Shown one piece after another: positions 8,710 through 18,457 of a stretch of DNA of 64,000 bases. The position numbers and the translations under genes were made by a program. The number at the start of each line of letters is the position of its first letter. Positions within the stretch are counted from its first letter, which is position 1. This DNA comes from a virus (taxonomy: Duplodnaviria > Caudoviricetes): positions 116 to 64,115 of the IMG/VR virus record IMGVR_UViG_3300021478_000028. One strand, 5' to 3'. The notes under the pieces were generated by a model, which was not told the DNA's origin, did not search any database, and saw only the letters and a list, made by a program, of their open reading frames with translations.

Positions 8710-11127
8710 CTACTCCGGGCCAGCGCCGACTTTAATTGCTCCAGGGCCGCTCTGGTTTCCAGTGAGGTTAGTCTGGGGACCCATGCCGGTCGCCAATGGC
8801 GAGGGTTTCATTCCCTGTGCCTGGGCAGCGCCAGGCAATCCACCCGCCTGCCCGGGAGCTGATCCGCCAGGGGGTGGAGTGCCCGGTGGAACGCCTCCAG
8901 GAGATGGGCCTCCAGGGGCGCCAGGCGGAGGCGCGCCACCCGATGGTGGCCCACCCGGAGGTGTACCCGGGCCTGACGGCTGTCCCATTGGTCCCATTGG
9001 TCCCGTTGGAAGCGTTCCAATATGAGTAGGTGCACCCTCAGGCAGTTGCTGCTGCTGCGCAAGGAGTCCCGCGGTCACTTCCGATACGATCTTCTGGATG
9101 CCTTGCTGCACGCCGCGCTGAATCCCCTGCTCCACCCGGTTGTTCAGCGCCTGCTGCTCACCCTGGTTTTGCTGGTCCTGTTGCATCTTATCGAGTTCCG
9201 CCTCGGAGGGCACGATCTCGTCGCCTGGCAATCCAATGGTATGCGAGACCGAGCGCAGAATCGCGCCGCGGCCCTTGAGCCCGACGATCTTGCTGTCCAT
9301 CGGATTGGCCGTCGCGGACAAGAACTCAATCTGCCTTTGCCGCTGGGTCTCGCGCTGCACCGCCACGTTCACGCCCTCGACCGAGATTTCCTCCTCGCCG
9401 GTGAGCAGTCCGCTGGTGTCCGTGAGCAGGATGAGGTCGAAGAGTTGGCGCAGTGCGGGCTCGAAGATATCGCGATCGACGTTGGCGCTCACGGTCTGCA
9501 GGATCTTGCTGGCATTGCCCATGAGCATGGCCAATCCAGAGGCGGTGCGGCCGGCCCCACCTCCCGCCTGTCCACCGACATATTTCGGAATCGCGGAGAC
9601 GTCGTCGGAGATATCCACGAACTTCTGAAATACTGCGAGCAGTTCCTGCGAATTGCTCTGCGGCTGGAAGAAATCGACCGGCTTGTCCTGCCTGTTGCTG
9701 GATGGATCGGAGCGCACATGAAACCGCTTCCACGGGTACAATTCCTCGCCGTTCTCCTCGGGTGCCAGGCGGTCGTCGTTGATCACCACAAACGGACCAC
9801 TGCTGATTGAGAGATTGTTCACCAGGTGGCGCAGCGTAGCGTTGGCACCCTCCTGCAGATCGGCAATGAGGTCTATGAGCGAGTTGCCCACCGGGGTGCC
9901 CGGCACCTTCTCAAAACTGGTGACGAAATAAGGGTGCCGCTGCCGCGGTGAAGGCGTCATGTGCGCCCGGATAATGTGGGACCCTATGACCCAGAGCTGC
10001 ACCGCGTAATCGCGCAATCCGTCCTGGTCCTCGGGCGGAATCTCCATGCCGTATTCTTGCAGCATGCGGCCCTGAACATTGCCGTTAAATTCCATCATTG
10101 ATATGAGCGCTGATCTGTTCCATGCGGGGTTCTCCCGGCTTTCCAGGACTGCCCGCTCCGCGTCCGTCGTATCCCAATTGTCATAGAGGCCACCCCTGCC
10201 GTACTCGTCGAGGACGGCCCGGACCTCGTCGTGATTGTAGCCTGGCAGATCGAGCATCTCGTTGATTTCCGCCCGGGTCAGGCGAAGCTTCTCGATCACA
10301 TCAGCATTGGTGATGTCGGCAACGCCCGGTGTCCACCACAAATCAAACGGCGATACCCGCTCCCAGGTCAGCCGCGGCTTGTATTGAACCGACGGCTGCC
10401 CGCCGCCCGGCATCCATGTCACCTCCGGCATGACCCTCACCACCGGGCCTTTCATGATGGCGACGGGGAACACCGGCAGGTCGAAGAGAAACTCGGCGAA
10501 GGCGTGGTAGAAGCCGCCCTCGCGCAGCATGGTCTCGATCTTCTCCTCGCTCGTGGTGGCCTGCTTGTAAGACTTTTTCTTGGCTGCATCCCGCGCGGAT
10601 TCCATCAAGGCATCGTGGCGGATCTGCACATCGGAAGGGGACTGCGACCTGCCCTGGACCTGCATGAATGTTTGCGCTTCGGCCTGCATGAGAGTGTCGA
10701 TATTCTTGAGCACGTCGTCCGGTATTCTGGGGTCCGTTGGCGGGTCGAGCGCCCATGGCTTTTCCGCACCGAGATACACATCGCGCAGCAGCGATGATGC
10801 GGCCCGGCATTTCTGCGCGCTCAGGCGGGCATAGATTTCGCTGCCCGCGAACTTGCGGATTTCCTGCAGCTTGCCCGGGGAGTATTGGCCATTGAAGGTG
10901 CGCAGCGAATCGAGCAATCGCTCCGACCAGCCGGCCACCGTATTCCTGTGATTTCTGAAAATTTCGAACTGCGAGCGCACATAGCCGACCAGTTGCGGAG
11001 ACGGCGGCGGCCCCACCGCCGCATCCTCCGCTTCGGCCTGCATCCGCGCGCTCGCAGCCATACGCTCTTCCAGTGCCGCAGGAGGTACGACACGGAGAAG
11101 CCCACTCGATCCAAAACCTTCTGCCAT
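8710..11127 (-). CDS. Portal (head-tail connector) protein
   Basis: About 805 aa; RVSPFD and PYFVTSFEKVPG..GNSL motifs, ASGLAML helix, long Pro/Gly C-terminal tail; divergent from terminase. Confidence 0.88.
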   Translation of the reverse strand: MAEGFGSSGLLRVVPPAALEERMAASARMQAEAEDAAVGPPPSPQLVGYVRSQFEIFRNHRNTVAGWSERLLDSLRTFNGQYSPGKLQEIRKFAGSEIYARLSAQKCRAASSLLRDVYLGAEKPWALDPPTDPRIPDDVLKNIDTLMQAEAQTFMQVQGRSQSPSDVQIRHDALMESARDAAKKKSYKQATTSEEKIETMLREGGFYHAFAEFLFDLPVFPVAIMKGPVVRVMPEVTWMPGGGQPSVQYKPRLTWERVSPFDLWWTPGVADITNADVIEKLRLTRAEINEMLDLPGYNHDEVRAVLDEYGRGGLYDNWDTTDAERAVLESRENPAWNRSALISMMEFNGNVQGRMLQEYGMEIPPEDQDGLRDYAVQLWVIGSHIIRAHMTPSPRQRHPYFVTSFEKVPGTPVGNSLIDLIADLQEGANATLRHLVNNLSISSGPFVVINDDRLAPEENGEELYPWKRFHVRSDPSSNRQDKPVDFFQPQSNSQELLAVFQKFVDISDDVSAIPKYVGGQAGGGAGRTASGLAMLMGNASKILQTVSANVDRDIFEPALRQLFDLILLTDTSGLLTGEEEISVEGVNVAVQRETQRQRQIEFLSATANPMDSKIVGLKGRGAILRSVSHTIGLPGDEIVPSEAELDKMQQDQQNQGEQQALNNRVEQGIQRGVQQGIQKIVSEVTAGLLAQQQQLPEGAPTHIGTLPTGPMGPMGQPSGPGTPPGGPPSGGAPPPGAPGGPSPGGVPPGTPPPGGSAPGQAGGLPGAAQAQGMKPSPLATGMGPQTNLTGNQSGPGAIKVGAGPE

Positions 11128-11132
11128 GGGGC

Positions 11133-11181
11133 AAGCTAGCAAGGCGGGCTTAATGCCTGATTAAGCAAGCCTGGCTATGCT
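11133..11181. promoter_or_regulatory. Divergent CtrA-type promoter pair (portal and terminase)
   Basis: TTAA-N7-TTAA at 11150-11164; TATGCT (+, 11176) and TAGCTT (-, 11138) each lie 11 nt from the box. Confidence 0.85.
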
Positions 11182-11202
11182 TGTCCCCTCGAAGGAGGGG
11201 GA

Positions 11203-11724
11203 TTGCCCCACATGCCGAAAACCGACGTTGCCGTCGCATCACTGCCCGATCTTACCCCCGCGCAACTGGCCAAGCTCGCGCGCGAGGTGGTGATGGAAAT
11301 CCGCGAGATCAAGGACATTCTGCCCCAGTTTGGCGTCACCCCGGCACAGTATGCCCGCCTCGCTGAGCACCCCACCTACAAGCGCATTCTCGACGCCATC
11401 AGCATCGACTGGAACTGCGCCACCAACACCGAGAGCCGCATCAAGATCAGCGCCGCCGCCATCCTTGAGGAGAACCTGCCGGTGCTAGGCGCGCGCATGG
11501 GCTCCGACAGCGAGCCGCTGCGGGAGGCGATCGAGGCTGGCAAACTGTTCTCCCGGCTGGCAGGGCTGTCCAGCGATCAGGAGGGACGCGGCGGCAGCGA
11601 CGGCAAGTTCGTCATTAACATCGACCTCGGGGCCGACGCCAAGTTGCGGTTCGAAAAGGAGACCGGCAGTAAAAAACAAATCGAGGTCCTGCCGGGAATC
11701 GACCTCAGGGATGGAGCCAAATGA
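11203..11724 (+). CDS. terS: Putative terminase small subunit
   Basis: Helical 173 aa ending in FVINIDLG; overlaps the terL start. Confidence 0.65.
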   Translation: MPHMPKTDVAVASLPDLTPAQLAKLAREVVMEIREIKDILPQFGVTPAQYARLAEHPTYKRILDAISIDWNCATNTESRIKISAAAILEENLPVLGARMGSDSEPLREAIEAGKLFSRLAGLSSDQEGRGGSDGKFVINIDLGADAKLRFEKETGSKKQIEVLPGIDLRDGAK

Positions 11725-13208
11725 ATCTTCAGGTGGAGCAGGACCTGACCTACGTGGCGCCGCCAACCTGCGCTGCGTTCATGAAGAGCGAAGCCTTTGG
11801 CCGCATCCTCATGGGGCCGATCGGCTCGGGCAAGACCACCGCATGTGTGATCGAGCTTTTGCGTCGCTCCATGGAGCAGGCACCGGCAGAGGACGGCACC
11901 CGCTACACCCGCTTTGCCGTGGTCCGGCAGACGCTGCGCCAGCTCAAGGATACCGTGCTGCGGGATTGCGACATGTGGCTGCGCATCGGCGATGAGCCCC
12001 TAGGGTACTGGAAGGTCAGCGACAACACCTACTACCTCAAGTTCCACGATGTTTATTCCGAATGGATCTTCATCCCGTTCGAGGAGGAGGCCGACCAGGC
12101 CAGACTTCTTAGTATGCAGCTCACAGGGGCATTCATCTCCGAGTGCATCGAGATGGACATCAATACGTTGGGGCCGATCTCCGGGCGCATGCCGCGCTAC
12201 CCTTCCGGAAAGCTCGGCTCGCCAACCTGGTTCGGCATTGTTGCCGACACCAATTTCCCGATCGAACTGTCTCCCTGGCACAAGTTCGTGGAGAACCCGT
12301 CACCCAACTGGCAGGTGTTCAGACAGCCATCCGGGCTTGCGCCCAATGCCGAGAACCTCAATTGGGTGGGACAGACAGAGTTCAGCAAGAAGCTCCCGGT
12401 CGATGATCCCGAACGCATCAAGATGGGGCGCAACTATTATACCAGGTTGGTTGACAGTGCGGTGTCCGGTCGTGGTGAGCAGGACCCCTGGGTTCGCCGC
12501 TACGTATTGGCCGAATACGGGGCCGACGCCAGCGGACAAGGCGTGTTTCAGAATACTTTCCAGTACAATTTCCACACCGTTCCCGACACCGAGGTCATTC
12601 CAGCCTACCCGATCATCGTTGGGCAGGACTTCGGGCGCAACCCTTGGAGCCTGATCTGCCAGGTTGATCACATGGGTCGCCTGCTGGTGCACGAAGAGGT
12701 GCCTGCCGAGAATATCGGGCTGGAGAAGCAGGTGAATCAGAACCTGAAACCGCGACTGTTCTCGGGGCGCTATCTCGGCCACCGCATTGCTGTGGTTGGC
12801 GACCCGGCCGGGGTGGCAAAGGGGACGATTGCTGAGGAGAGCTGCTTCGACGCACTCAAGCGCCTGGGGTTGCCGTGCTTTCCCGCGCCCAGCAATCTGA
12901 TCGAGCCGCGGCTGCGCGCGGTTGAGGCGTTGCTCGGGCGGCAGACCAACGGCGGCCCGACGCTGATGATCAGTCGCAAGGGCGCGCCATTCCTGTGCCG
13001 AGCGATGAACGGCGGCTACCGCTTCACCAAGAGCGAGAACGGATCTCTGCGCACCACTCCGGAAAAGGACGAGGCATCCCATATCAGCGACGCATTGCAA
13101 TATGTTTGCATGATTGTGCACGGCGGCCTGACCGACGACATCGCGCGACGGCTGGCGCCACGGACGCAGCGCCCGAAGGTGCGGATGACTGCGGCCGCGT
13201 GGGCATAG
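11721..13208 (+). CDS. terL: Terminase large subunit
   Basis: Walker A GPIGSGKT; nuclease motifs GQDFG, GDPAG and SHISDALQY. Confidence 0.95.
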   Translation: MNLQVEQDLTYVAPPTCAAFMKSEAFGRILMGPIGSGKTTACVIELLRRSMEQAPAEDGTRYTRFAVVRQTLRQLKDTVLRDCDMWLRIGDEPLGYWKVSDNTYYLKFHDVYSEWIFIPFEEEADQARLLSMQLTGAFISECIEMDINTLGPISGRMPRYPSGKLGSPTWFGIVADTNFPIELSPWHKFVENPSPNWQVFRQPSGLAPNAENLNWVGQTEFSKKLPVDDPERIKMGRNYYTRLVDSAVSGRGEQDPWVRRYVLAEYGADASGQGVFQNTFQYNFHTVPDTEVIPAYPIIVGQDFGRNPWSLICQVDHMGRLLVHEEVPAENIGLEKQVNQNLKPRLFSGRYLGHRIAVVGDPAGVAKGTIAEESCFDALKRLGLPCFPAPSNLIEPRLRAVEALLGRQTNGGPTLMISRKGAPFLCRAMNGGYRFTKSENGSLRTTPEKDEASHISDALQYVCMIVHGGLTDDIARRLAPRTQRPKVRMTAAAWA

Positions 13209-13217
13209 GAGGACAAC

Positions 13218-13379
13218 ATGACCCTTGGACTTGCCTTCTGGATCTTGATGCTGCTCTGGCTCGTGTTTGGATTGTGGGTGACGTGGCCAAATCACTACAT
13301 GGTCGGCGGCAATTTGCTGTTATTCATCTTGTTGCTGCTGCTCGGCTGGAAGGTGTTTGGTGCGCCCATCCATGGCTAA
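13218..13379 (+). CDS. Small two-TM membrane protein (holin-like)
   Basis: AGGAGG SD; MTLGLAFWILMLLWLVFG...LLLLLGWKVFG. Confidence 0.75.
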   Translation: MTLGLAFWILMLLWLVFGLWVTWPNHYMVGGNLLLFILLLLLGWKVFGAPIHG

Positions 13380-13494
13380 GACTTCCATGGCTAAGACTTG
13401 GCCAACGACGTTGGTGCTTGTTCTCCTTGCCGTGGCGTTTGCGGTGGCCGTAACGTGGGTCACTGACCGGATATGGCCGGCACTGCCGCAATAA
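13372..13494 (+). CDS. Small one-TM protein with dual start (MAKTS-MAKTW)
   Basis: 40 aa, hydrophobic core, overlaps the previous stop codon. Confidence 0.45.
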   Translation: MAKTSMAKTWPTTLVLVLLAVAFAVAVTWVTDRIWPALPQ

Positions 13495-13582
13495 AGGAAA
13501 TACGCAGGATACTCCTGCGGCTTCTACTCTATCGGTACATTCAACTGGTGATGAAGGCCCAGACCGAAAGCCCCCGGGACAA

Positions 13583-13762
13583 ATGAAAGACTGGATCAAA
13601 CCCGCGGTTATCATCTTCGTGCTGGTGACGGTTACCATCAACATGCTGGCGCTGGGCTACATCGCCATGCGTGCGCAGCGAGATGCCGACGAGCAACAGG
13701 TGGAGTGCCACCAGCTGGAAGACCTGATCAAGCTCCTCAACGAGCGGATGCCGCCGAGGTGA
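13583..13762 (+). CDS. Small membrane-anchored protein of the lysis cassette
   Basis: MKDWIKPAVIIFVLVTVT..., 59 aa. Confidence 0.55.
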   Translation: MKDWIKPAVIIFVLVTVTINMLALGYIAMRAQRDADEQQVECHQLEDLIKLLNERMPPR

Positions 13763-13764
13763 TC

Positions 13765-13986
13765 ATGGGCAACACGATCGAGGAAGGCGGGACCACGGCA
13801 CGCACGCTGATATCCTCGTTGGCTACGACGCCGATGATATTGGCGCTGGTGGTCTTCAATATCTTCTACATCGGCTTCTCGACCTGGATGCAGATCAAGC
13901 AGGGCGAGCGGTTCACCGAGAACCAGCAAATCTGGGAGCGCATGGTAGAGAAGCAGATGGCGTTCTGCCTGGAGAAGAGGTCATGA
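13765..13986 (+). CDS. One-TM lysis-cassette protein (paralogue of 14557)
   Basis: GAGGTG SD; MGNTIEEGG...PMILALVVFN. Confidence 0.65.
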   Translation: MGNTIEEGGTTARTLISSLATTPMILALVVFNIFYIGFSTWMQIKQGERFTENQQIWERMVEKQMAFCLEKRS

Positions 13987-14472
13987 CCGGCACCGACGGC
14001 GGCGTCTGTTGTTGGCCTGCTCTTTTGGTGTTGACCACTTTACGTTGCCGGGTTTGTAGTTGCCGCTGTTGTTGATACGATCGATGGAGTGTCCGGGTGG
14101 GCGCTCCCCAACATCTGCGAGGAAGTTTTCAAAGCTATGCCGCCACCGTTTACAAACTCTGATACCGCGACCGCCATATCGCTCGTAGGCGATATTGTTT
14201 GGATCGTAGCAGCGTTGGAGCATGCCTTGCCAAGTAACCCAGAGCGGTTGCCGTTTCCTTCCCTTGGTATATCCGTGCGTATGGTAGCCTCTCTTGCAGC
14301 CGCAAGAACGGTAGCTACCCCAATTGAGGTCGCCAACGGTGATGATGCAGGTGTTTCCGCAGTCGCACTTGCAGAGCCACCCTATGCTTCCAGAAGAATT
14401 TCTTTTGGCGGTTGGCCGGATCGCAACCAGCAGGCCAAAGCGCTGATTTGTGATATCAATGGCGTTGGGCAT
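13981..14472 (-). mobile_element. Free-standing HNH homing endonuclease
   Basis: RFGLL, CKCDCG, SCGC, YGGRGIRVCKRW and SIDRINN.GNY.P.N..W motifs; antisense to the lysis operon. Confidence 0.9.
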
Positions 14473-14556
14473 CGCAACCGCTCCATCGGTTCGAGGTCAA
14501 GTGGCGGGCTCGGTGTTTGGGCACCGACCCGCCGCGCATCATAGCATAGGCCAGAA

Positions 14557-15024
14557 ATGGGCGCACTCGAAGAGGGGGGGAAAGCGGTAGGCGGCGTCAT
14601 CGACGCGATGCGGTCGCAGCCTTTAGCGATTGCACTTGTGTTGATGAACCTCGGACTTCTGGTGTACCTGTATTATTACACCAGTCGGATCACGTCCCGT
14701 ACCGAGATGACGGCGCAGGCCCTGTTCGACGCCAATAATAAGCTCTTCGCGCAATTTGGCAGCATCATCAAAGACACTAACATTTTGGCCGAAAAAACAA
14801 TTCACTGTATCCTGCCTTCCGACGCGCTTCAGTTGCTTCAGGCTCCGCGCTCATACGTTCCCCCACCCCCCGCCGCTCCCGAGCGCCCCGCCGCTCCGGA
14901 GCGTCCGCAGGCGCCACGCGGCGATCTGAAGCTGGACCAGCCGAAGCCTGCGCCGACAACCGACCCACCGAAGCCGATCAATTTCGGAGAACTGCCGATC
15001 CCAATTGGACCTCCAAACGAATGA
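14557..15024 (+). CDS. One-TM lysis-cassette protein with Pro-rich tail (spanin-like?)
   Basis: MGALEEGG...PLAIALVLMN, coiled coil, Pro-rich C-terminus. Confidence 0.65.
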   Translation: MGALEEGGKAVGGVIDAMRSQPLAIALVLMNLGLLVYLYYYTSRITSRTEMTAQALFDANNKLFAQFGSIIKDTNILAEKTIHCILPSDALQLLQAPRSYVPPPPAAPERPAAPERPQAPRGDLKLDQPKPAPTTDPPKPINFGELPIPIGPPNE

Positions 15025-15206
15025 AGAAAATGCTTGCCACGATTGACGCTCCGCATTTCTACTGCGGGATAGTTTTGCAGGACGACCGCGTGGTCAAGGC
15101 TGCGGACATCGTGAAATACATGCGGGGATGGCCGCGCGCGCGGGTGCGCGACTACTGCTCCGGCAAAGGTTGGAAAGTATCAGTCGTCTGGGAAATGGAT
15201 CGTTAG
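15021..15206 (+). CDS. Small hypothetical protein
   Basis: 61 aa, ATGA-coupled. Confidence 0.6.
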   Translation: MKKMLATIDAPHFYCGIVLQDDRVVKAADIVKYMRGWPRARVRDYCSGKGWKVSVVWEMDR

Positions 15207-15215
15207 GAGGAGCCC

Positions 15216-16748
15216 ATGCGCTTTGTCATTTCGTCCGGCCACGGGAAATATATTCGCGGCGCCAGCGGCTACCTCGATGAGGTCAACGAGGCGCGCAGGG
15301 TGGTGGAGCGGGTTGCCGACGATCTGCGCTCGGCCAAGGTCGAATGCGTCGTTTTCCACGACAACGTGTCCACATCGCAGAACGAGAACCTCAACCGCAT
15401 CGTAAATTTTCACAACTCGCAGAAGCGCGACTACGACATCAGCGTGCATTTCAACGCCTACAACACCACAAGCAAGCCGATGGGCACCGAGTGCCTTTAC
15501 GTCAGCCAGCAGGAGCTGGCCAAGAAGGTATCGCGGGCCGTCGCTGACGCCGGGGATTTTATTGATCGCGGTCCTAAAAAACGCACCGACCTGGCCTTCC
15601 TCAATGGCACCCAAAAGCCGGCCATTCTGATCGAGACCTGCTTCGTGGATAGCAAGGCGGACTCGGACCTGTACAATAAGTATTTCGCTGACATCTGCCG
15701 ATCCATCGCCTCGGCCGTCTCTGGCCAGACGATCGGGGCCGCCCCGCCGGAAGGACCACCGCCGCAGCCGCCGGAGGTGGGGGCGCCACAGCCGCCGGAT
15801 TACACCGTGGAAAAGCTGCCGACGATCAAGAAGGGAGACAACGGCAGTGATGTTGTCTACCTGCAAAAGATACTGGACGTGGTAAAGGCCGACGGCGACT
15901 TCGGCTCGATCACCGACACCTGGGTGCGCGCCTTTCAGGCGGCGTGCGGATTGAAGGCTGACGGCATTGTCGGCCCGATCACCTGGGGCGAGGTCGGTGC
16001 CTTGGAAGCCCGCAAGGCTGACGGCGAGCTTCCGCTGCCGAAGGCGCTTGCCGATCAGATTGCCACGATGGCCAAGACCAGCGAGATGTTCGACTACTCC
16101 TGGCCGGAGCGCGGCGTTGCTCCCGAAGGGTACATTTCCGGCATGTGCCTAGCTTTTGCCCATGCCGTGCGGCGCGACGACGATGCCGTGGAGGTCATGA
16201 GCAGGGCAGCAGGCAATGCGGACAAGGACGCGCTGGCGTTCTATGCCGCGGAGTTCAAGAAACTCGGCATGAGCAACAAGACACCGGGTGTTGATACGCT
16301 TCGCCATCTCTTCGTATTGCAGACGGGGCTGGGGCCGCGCGAGTCAAGCGGCCGCTACTTCGAGGGCCGCGACATGAGCGCGAGCAATGTAGAGAGCGAC
16401 ACGGCTGAAGCGGGGTTAACGCAAACTAGCTGGAACATCAGGAACGCCAACTCCACGATTGGGCCATTGCTCAACGAGTTCTGGGCAAACCCGAACGGTT
16501 TCCTATCAGAGTTCAAAATCGGTCTTTCGCCGACGGCGAACAATCTGAACTCGTATGGTTCTGGCGATGGGATCAAGTATCAATGGCTCAGCAGGTTCTG
16601 CCCATTGTTTCACATCATGGTCACCGGAGTGGGGCTCAGAACTCTGAAGGACCACTGGGGGCCAATTATCAGGAAAGAGGTAACGCTGAAAAAGGAGATG
16701 GATGACTTGTTGAAGGCCGTGCAGGATCTAGTCGTTGGCATAGCATAA
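15216..16748 (+). CDS. Modular endolysin: amidase_3 + peptidoglycan-binding + C-terminal domain
   Basis: SSGHG..E, SVHFNA and ILIETCFVD; DGDFG..T..V.AFQ...L.ADGIVGP.TW. Confidence 0.92.
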   Translation: MRFVISSGHGKYIRGASGYLDEVNEARRVVERVADDLRSAKVECVVFHDNVSTSQNENLNRIVNFHNSQKRDYDISVHFNAYNTTSKPMGTECLYVSQQELAKKVSRAVADAGDFIDRGPKKRTDLAFLNGTQKPAILIETCFVDSKADSDLYNKYFADICRSIASAVSGQTIGAAPPEGPPPQPPEVGAPQPPDYTVEKLPTIKKGDNGSDVVYLQKILDVVKADGDFGSITDTWVRAFQAACGLKADGIVGPITWGEVGALEARKADGELPLPKALADQIATMAKTSEMFDYSWPERGVAPEGYISGMCLAFAHAVRRDDDAVEVMSRAAGNADKDALAFYAAEFKKLGMSNKTPGVDTLRHLFVLQTGLGPRESSGRYFEGRDMSASNVESDTAEAGLTQTSWNIRNANSTIGPLLNEFWANPNGFLSEFKIGLSPTANNLNSYGSGDGIKYQWLSRFCPLFHIMVTGVGLRTLKDHWGPIIRKEVTLKKEMDDLLKAVQDLVVGIA

Positions 16749-17309
16749 ATTGGGCCGCCGCCATGGCATCCCGAGGTGCTCGGCCAGCATGTCGTTCGCT
16801 CTCCTGCGATACTCCGGAACCATAAGGTATCCCTGCCCCGTCACCGTCACGATCACCCTGTGTCCGTCGAAGTAAGCCTTGAGCCTTTGCCGCAGCGCCC
16901 ACAGCACGACACTCACCACCTCCGCAGGAACAGGACCCTTCGCCGAAGGCGCGGGTCCCCTCGCCGCGCGCTGCGCCTCCAAGGTTGAATGCAGAAAGTC
17001 GCGGGTCACTTCCCGACGGCGAAGGAACTGCAGCAGCACCGCACTCTGCATCCGCGACACCGCAAAACAATAGCCGATGTGCAAGATCAGCGTATCATCA
17101 TGGAACTGCCCCATGAAAGCCGGAAGGCGCTCCTCACGCCCGGTCAACGGCGGCCAGTCGTCCTTCGGCACCGCAAGCAAATTGCCCGCTTGCACCGCCT
17201 CTCCCAACAATTCACGTACTTCTTCCGACGGGATTTGCAGGCCACGAGCAATCGCGCGTACCGGGATGCCCTCGTCCGCCAATCGCACCAGCACGCTGTT
17301 CAATTGCAT
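16728..17309 (-). CDS. Transcription regulator: N-terminal HTH + OmpR/CtrA-like winged helix
   Basis: LADEGIPVRAIARGL; C-terminal VVSVVLWALRQRL...IVTVTGQGYLM; no receiver domain. Confidence 0.75.
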   Translation of the reverse strand: MQLNSVLVRLADEGIPVRAIARGLQIPSEEVRELLGEAVQAGNLLAVPKDDWPPLTGREERLPAFMGQFHDDTLILHIGYCFAVSRMQSAVLLQFLRRREVTRDFLHSTLEAQRAARGPAPSAKGPVPAEVVSVVLWALRQRLKAYFDGHRVIVTVTGQGYLMVPEYRRRANDMLAEHLGMPWRRPNLCYAND

Positions 17310-17706
17310 GCGGCTCTCTTGAAAGACGCGCGCTTGGAAAGACGCGCGTGAACGCGCTTTCGTCCGGCCCCAGATGGCAGGGATGGTTCCAGGGGGGCCA
17401 GGAGTGTTTCCCTGCCATACGCGGCTGTCGGGGGGGGGCTGGGAGATGTCACCGCGCAACAGCACAAATAAACTATCGCGCCCCCCTTGACCAGCCTTCC
17501 TCATAAGGTGGAGGGTGAAGGCCCCGCCGGGGGCGCAATGATGCGGCGGCTAGCGCCACTCCGGCAGGGCCTTACGCAACGCAACAAACACAACACAACC
17601 AGGGGCGAGGGAGATACAATCCCTCGCCCTTTCCATTTACGCGCTTTTGTGGCAGAAGACTAGCTTAATATCTCATTTATTTTTTCTACTATAGAGAGCA
17701 TAAACA

Positions 17707-18204
17707 ATGAAATTCGACCCTAAGCTGGAAGAGGCCAGGGTACGGGACGGGATGATGCGCTCGAACACGGGCGATCCCTACGGCGCGTTCCGACTCCAAG
17801 GCCCCTGCGGCGCACTTCTATATATGATCGCCTGCAACGGCGACGTGCCCGATCAATCCATCGCAAGCTGGGAGCACGTCAGCGTGCGCCGCGAGGGCAA
17901 GAACGTCCCGAACTGGGAGGAGATGTGCTTCGTCAAAGACCTGTTCTGGGCACCCGAGGAGCTGGTGGTACAGTACCATCCGCCGCGATCGCAGTACGTG
18001 AACAACCACCCCACCGTCCTGCACCTGTGGAGATCGACGCAGGAGAAATTCCCAATGCCGCCCGCGATCCTGGTCGGCGACAAGGACAGAGGCGAGATCA
18101 CCACCGAGAAACAGGCGCGCGAGCTATGGATCGAGATGAACGACGCGATCGGGGTAAAGCGGCGCGACTATGGGAAAGCCGCTGACAGAGCACGAGGAAA
18201 ATAG
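17707..18204 (+). CDS. Conserved phage hypothetical protein
   Basis: WEHVSV..PNWEEMCFVKDLFW..QYHP...LHLW motif. Confidence 0.8.
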   Translation: MKFDPKLEEARVRDGMMRSNTGDPYGAFRLQGPCGALLYMIACNGDVPDQSIASWEHVSVRREGKNVPNWEEMCFVKDLFWAPEELVVQYHPPRSQYVNNHPTVLHLWRSTQEKFPMPPAILVGDKDRGEITTEKQARELWIEMNDAIGVKRRDYGKAADRARGK

Positions 18205-18214
18205 AGGCTGAGGA

Positions 18215-18457
18215 ATGAGCCGTAAGGAAGCCGAGATCCAGCGCCTCGACGCTGAGCACGCTGGCGATCAGCAACGTCTTCTCGACATGAAAGCAGTGCT
18301 GCAAGATTGTCTGACCGCCATGGAGGAGCGCTGGGGCGCGGTAGGTTCCCCGCCGCATCTACTCGACCAGATCCGAGCAGTTCTCGGCTCCCCGCCCCCC
18401 CGCCTGCGCGGAGGGCAAGCTTCAGAGGGCAAGCACCATGATCACGCAACGCCGTAA
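18215..18457 (+). CDS. Hypothetical protein
   Basis: GAGG SD, 80 aa. Confidence 0.5.
   Translation: MSRKEAEIQRLDAEHAGDQQRLLDMKAVLQDCLTAMEERWGAVGSPPHLLDQIRAVLGSPPPRLRGGQASEGKHHDHATP

Noticed and set aside
17430-17438. G9 tract as a phase-variation switch
   Set aside because: It lies upstream of the likely start at 17309 and may simply pair with the C-run near 17481; no evidence of length variation.
17665-17695. TTAA-N7-TTTA as a sixth activated late promoter
   Set aside because: No TAnnnT at the 11-nt spacing; kept only as a possible operator.
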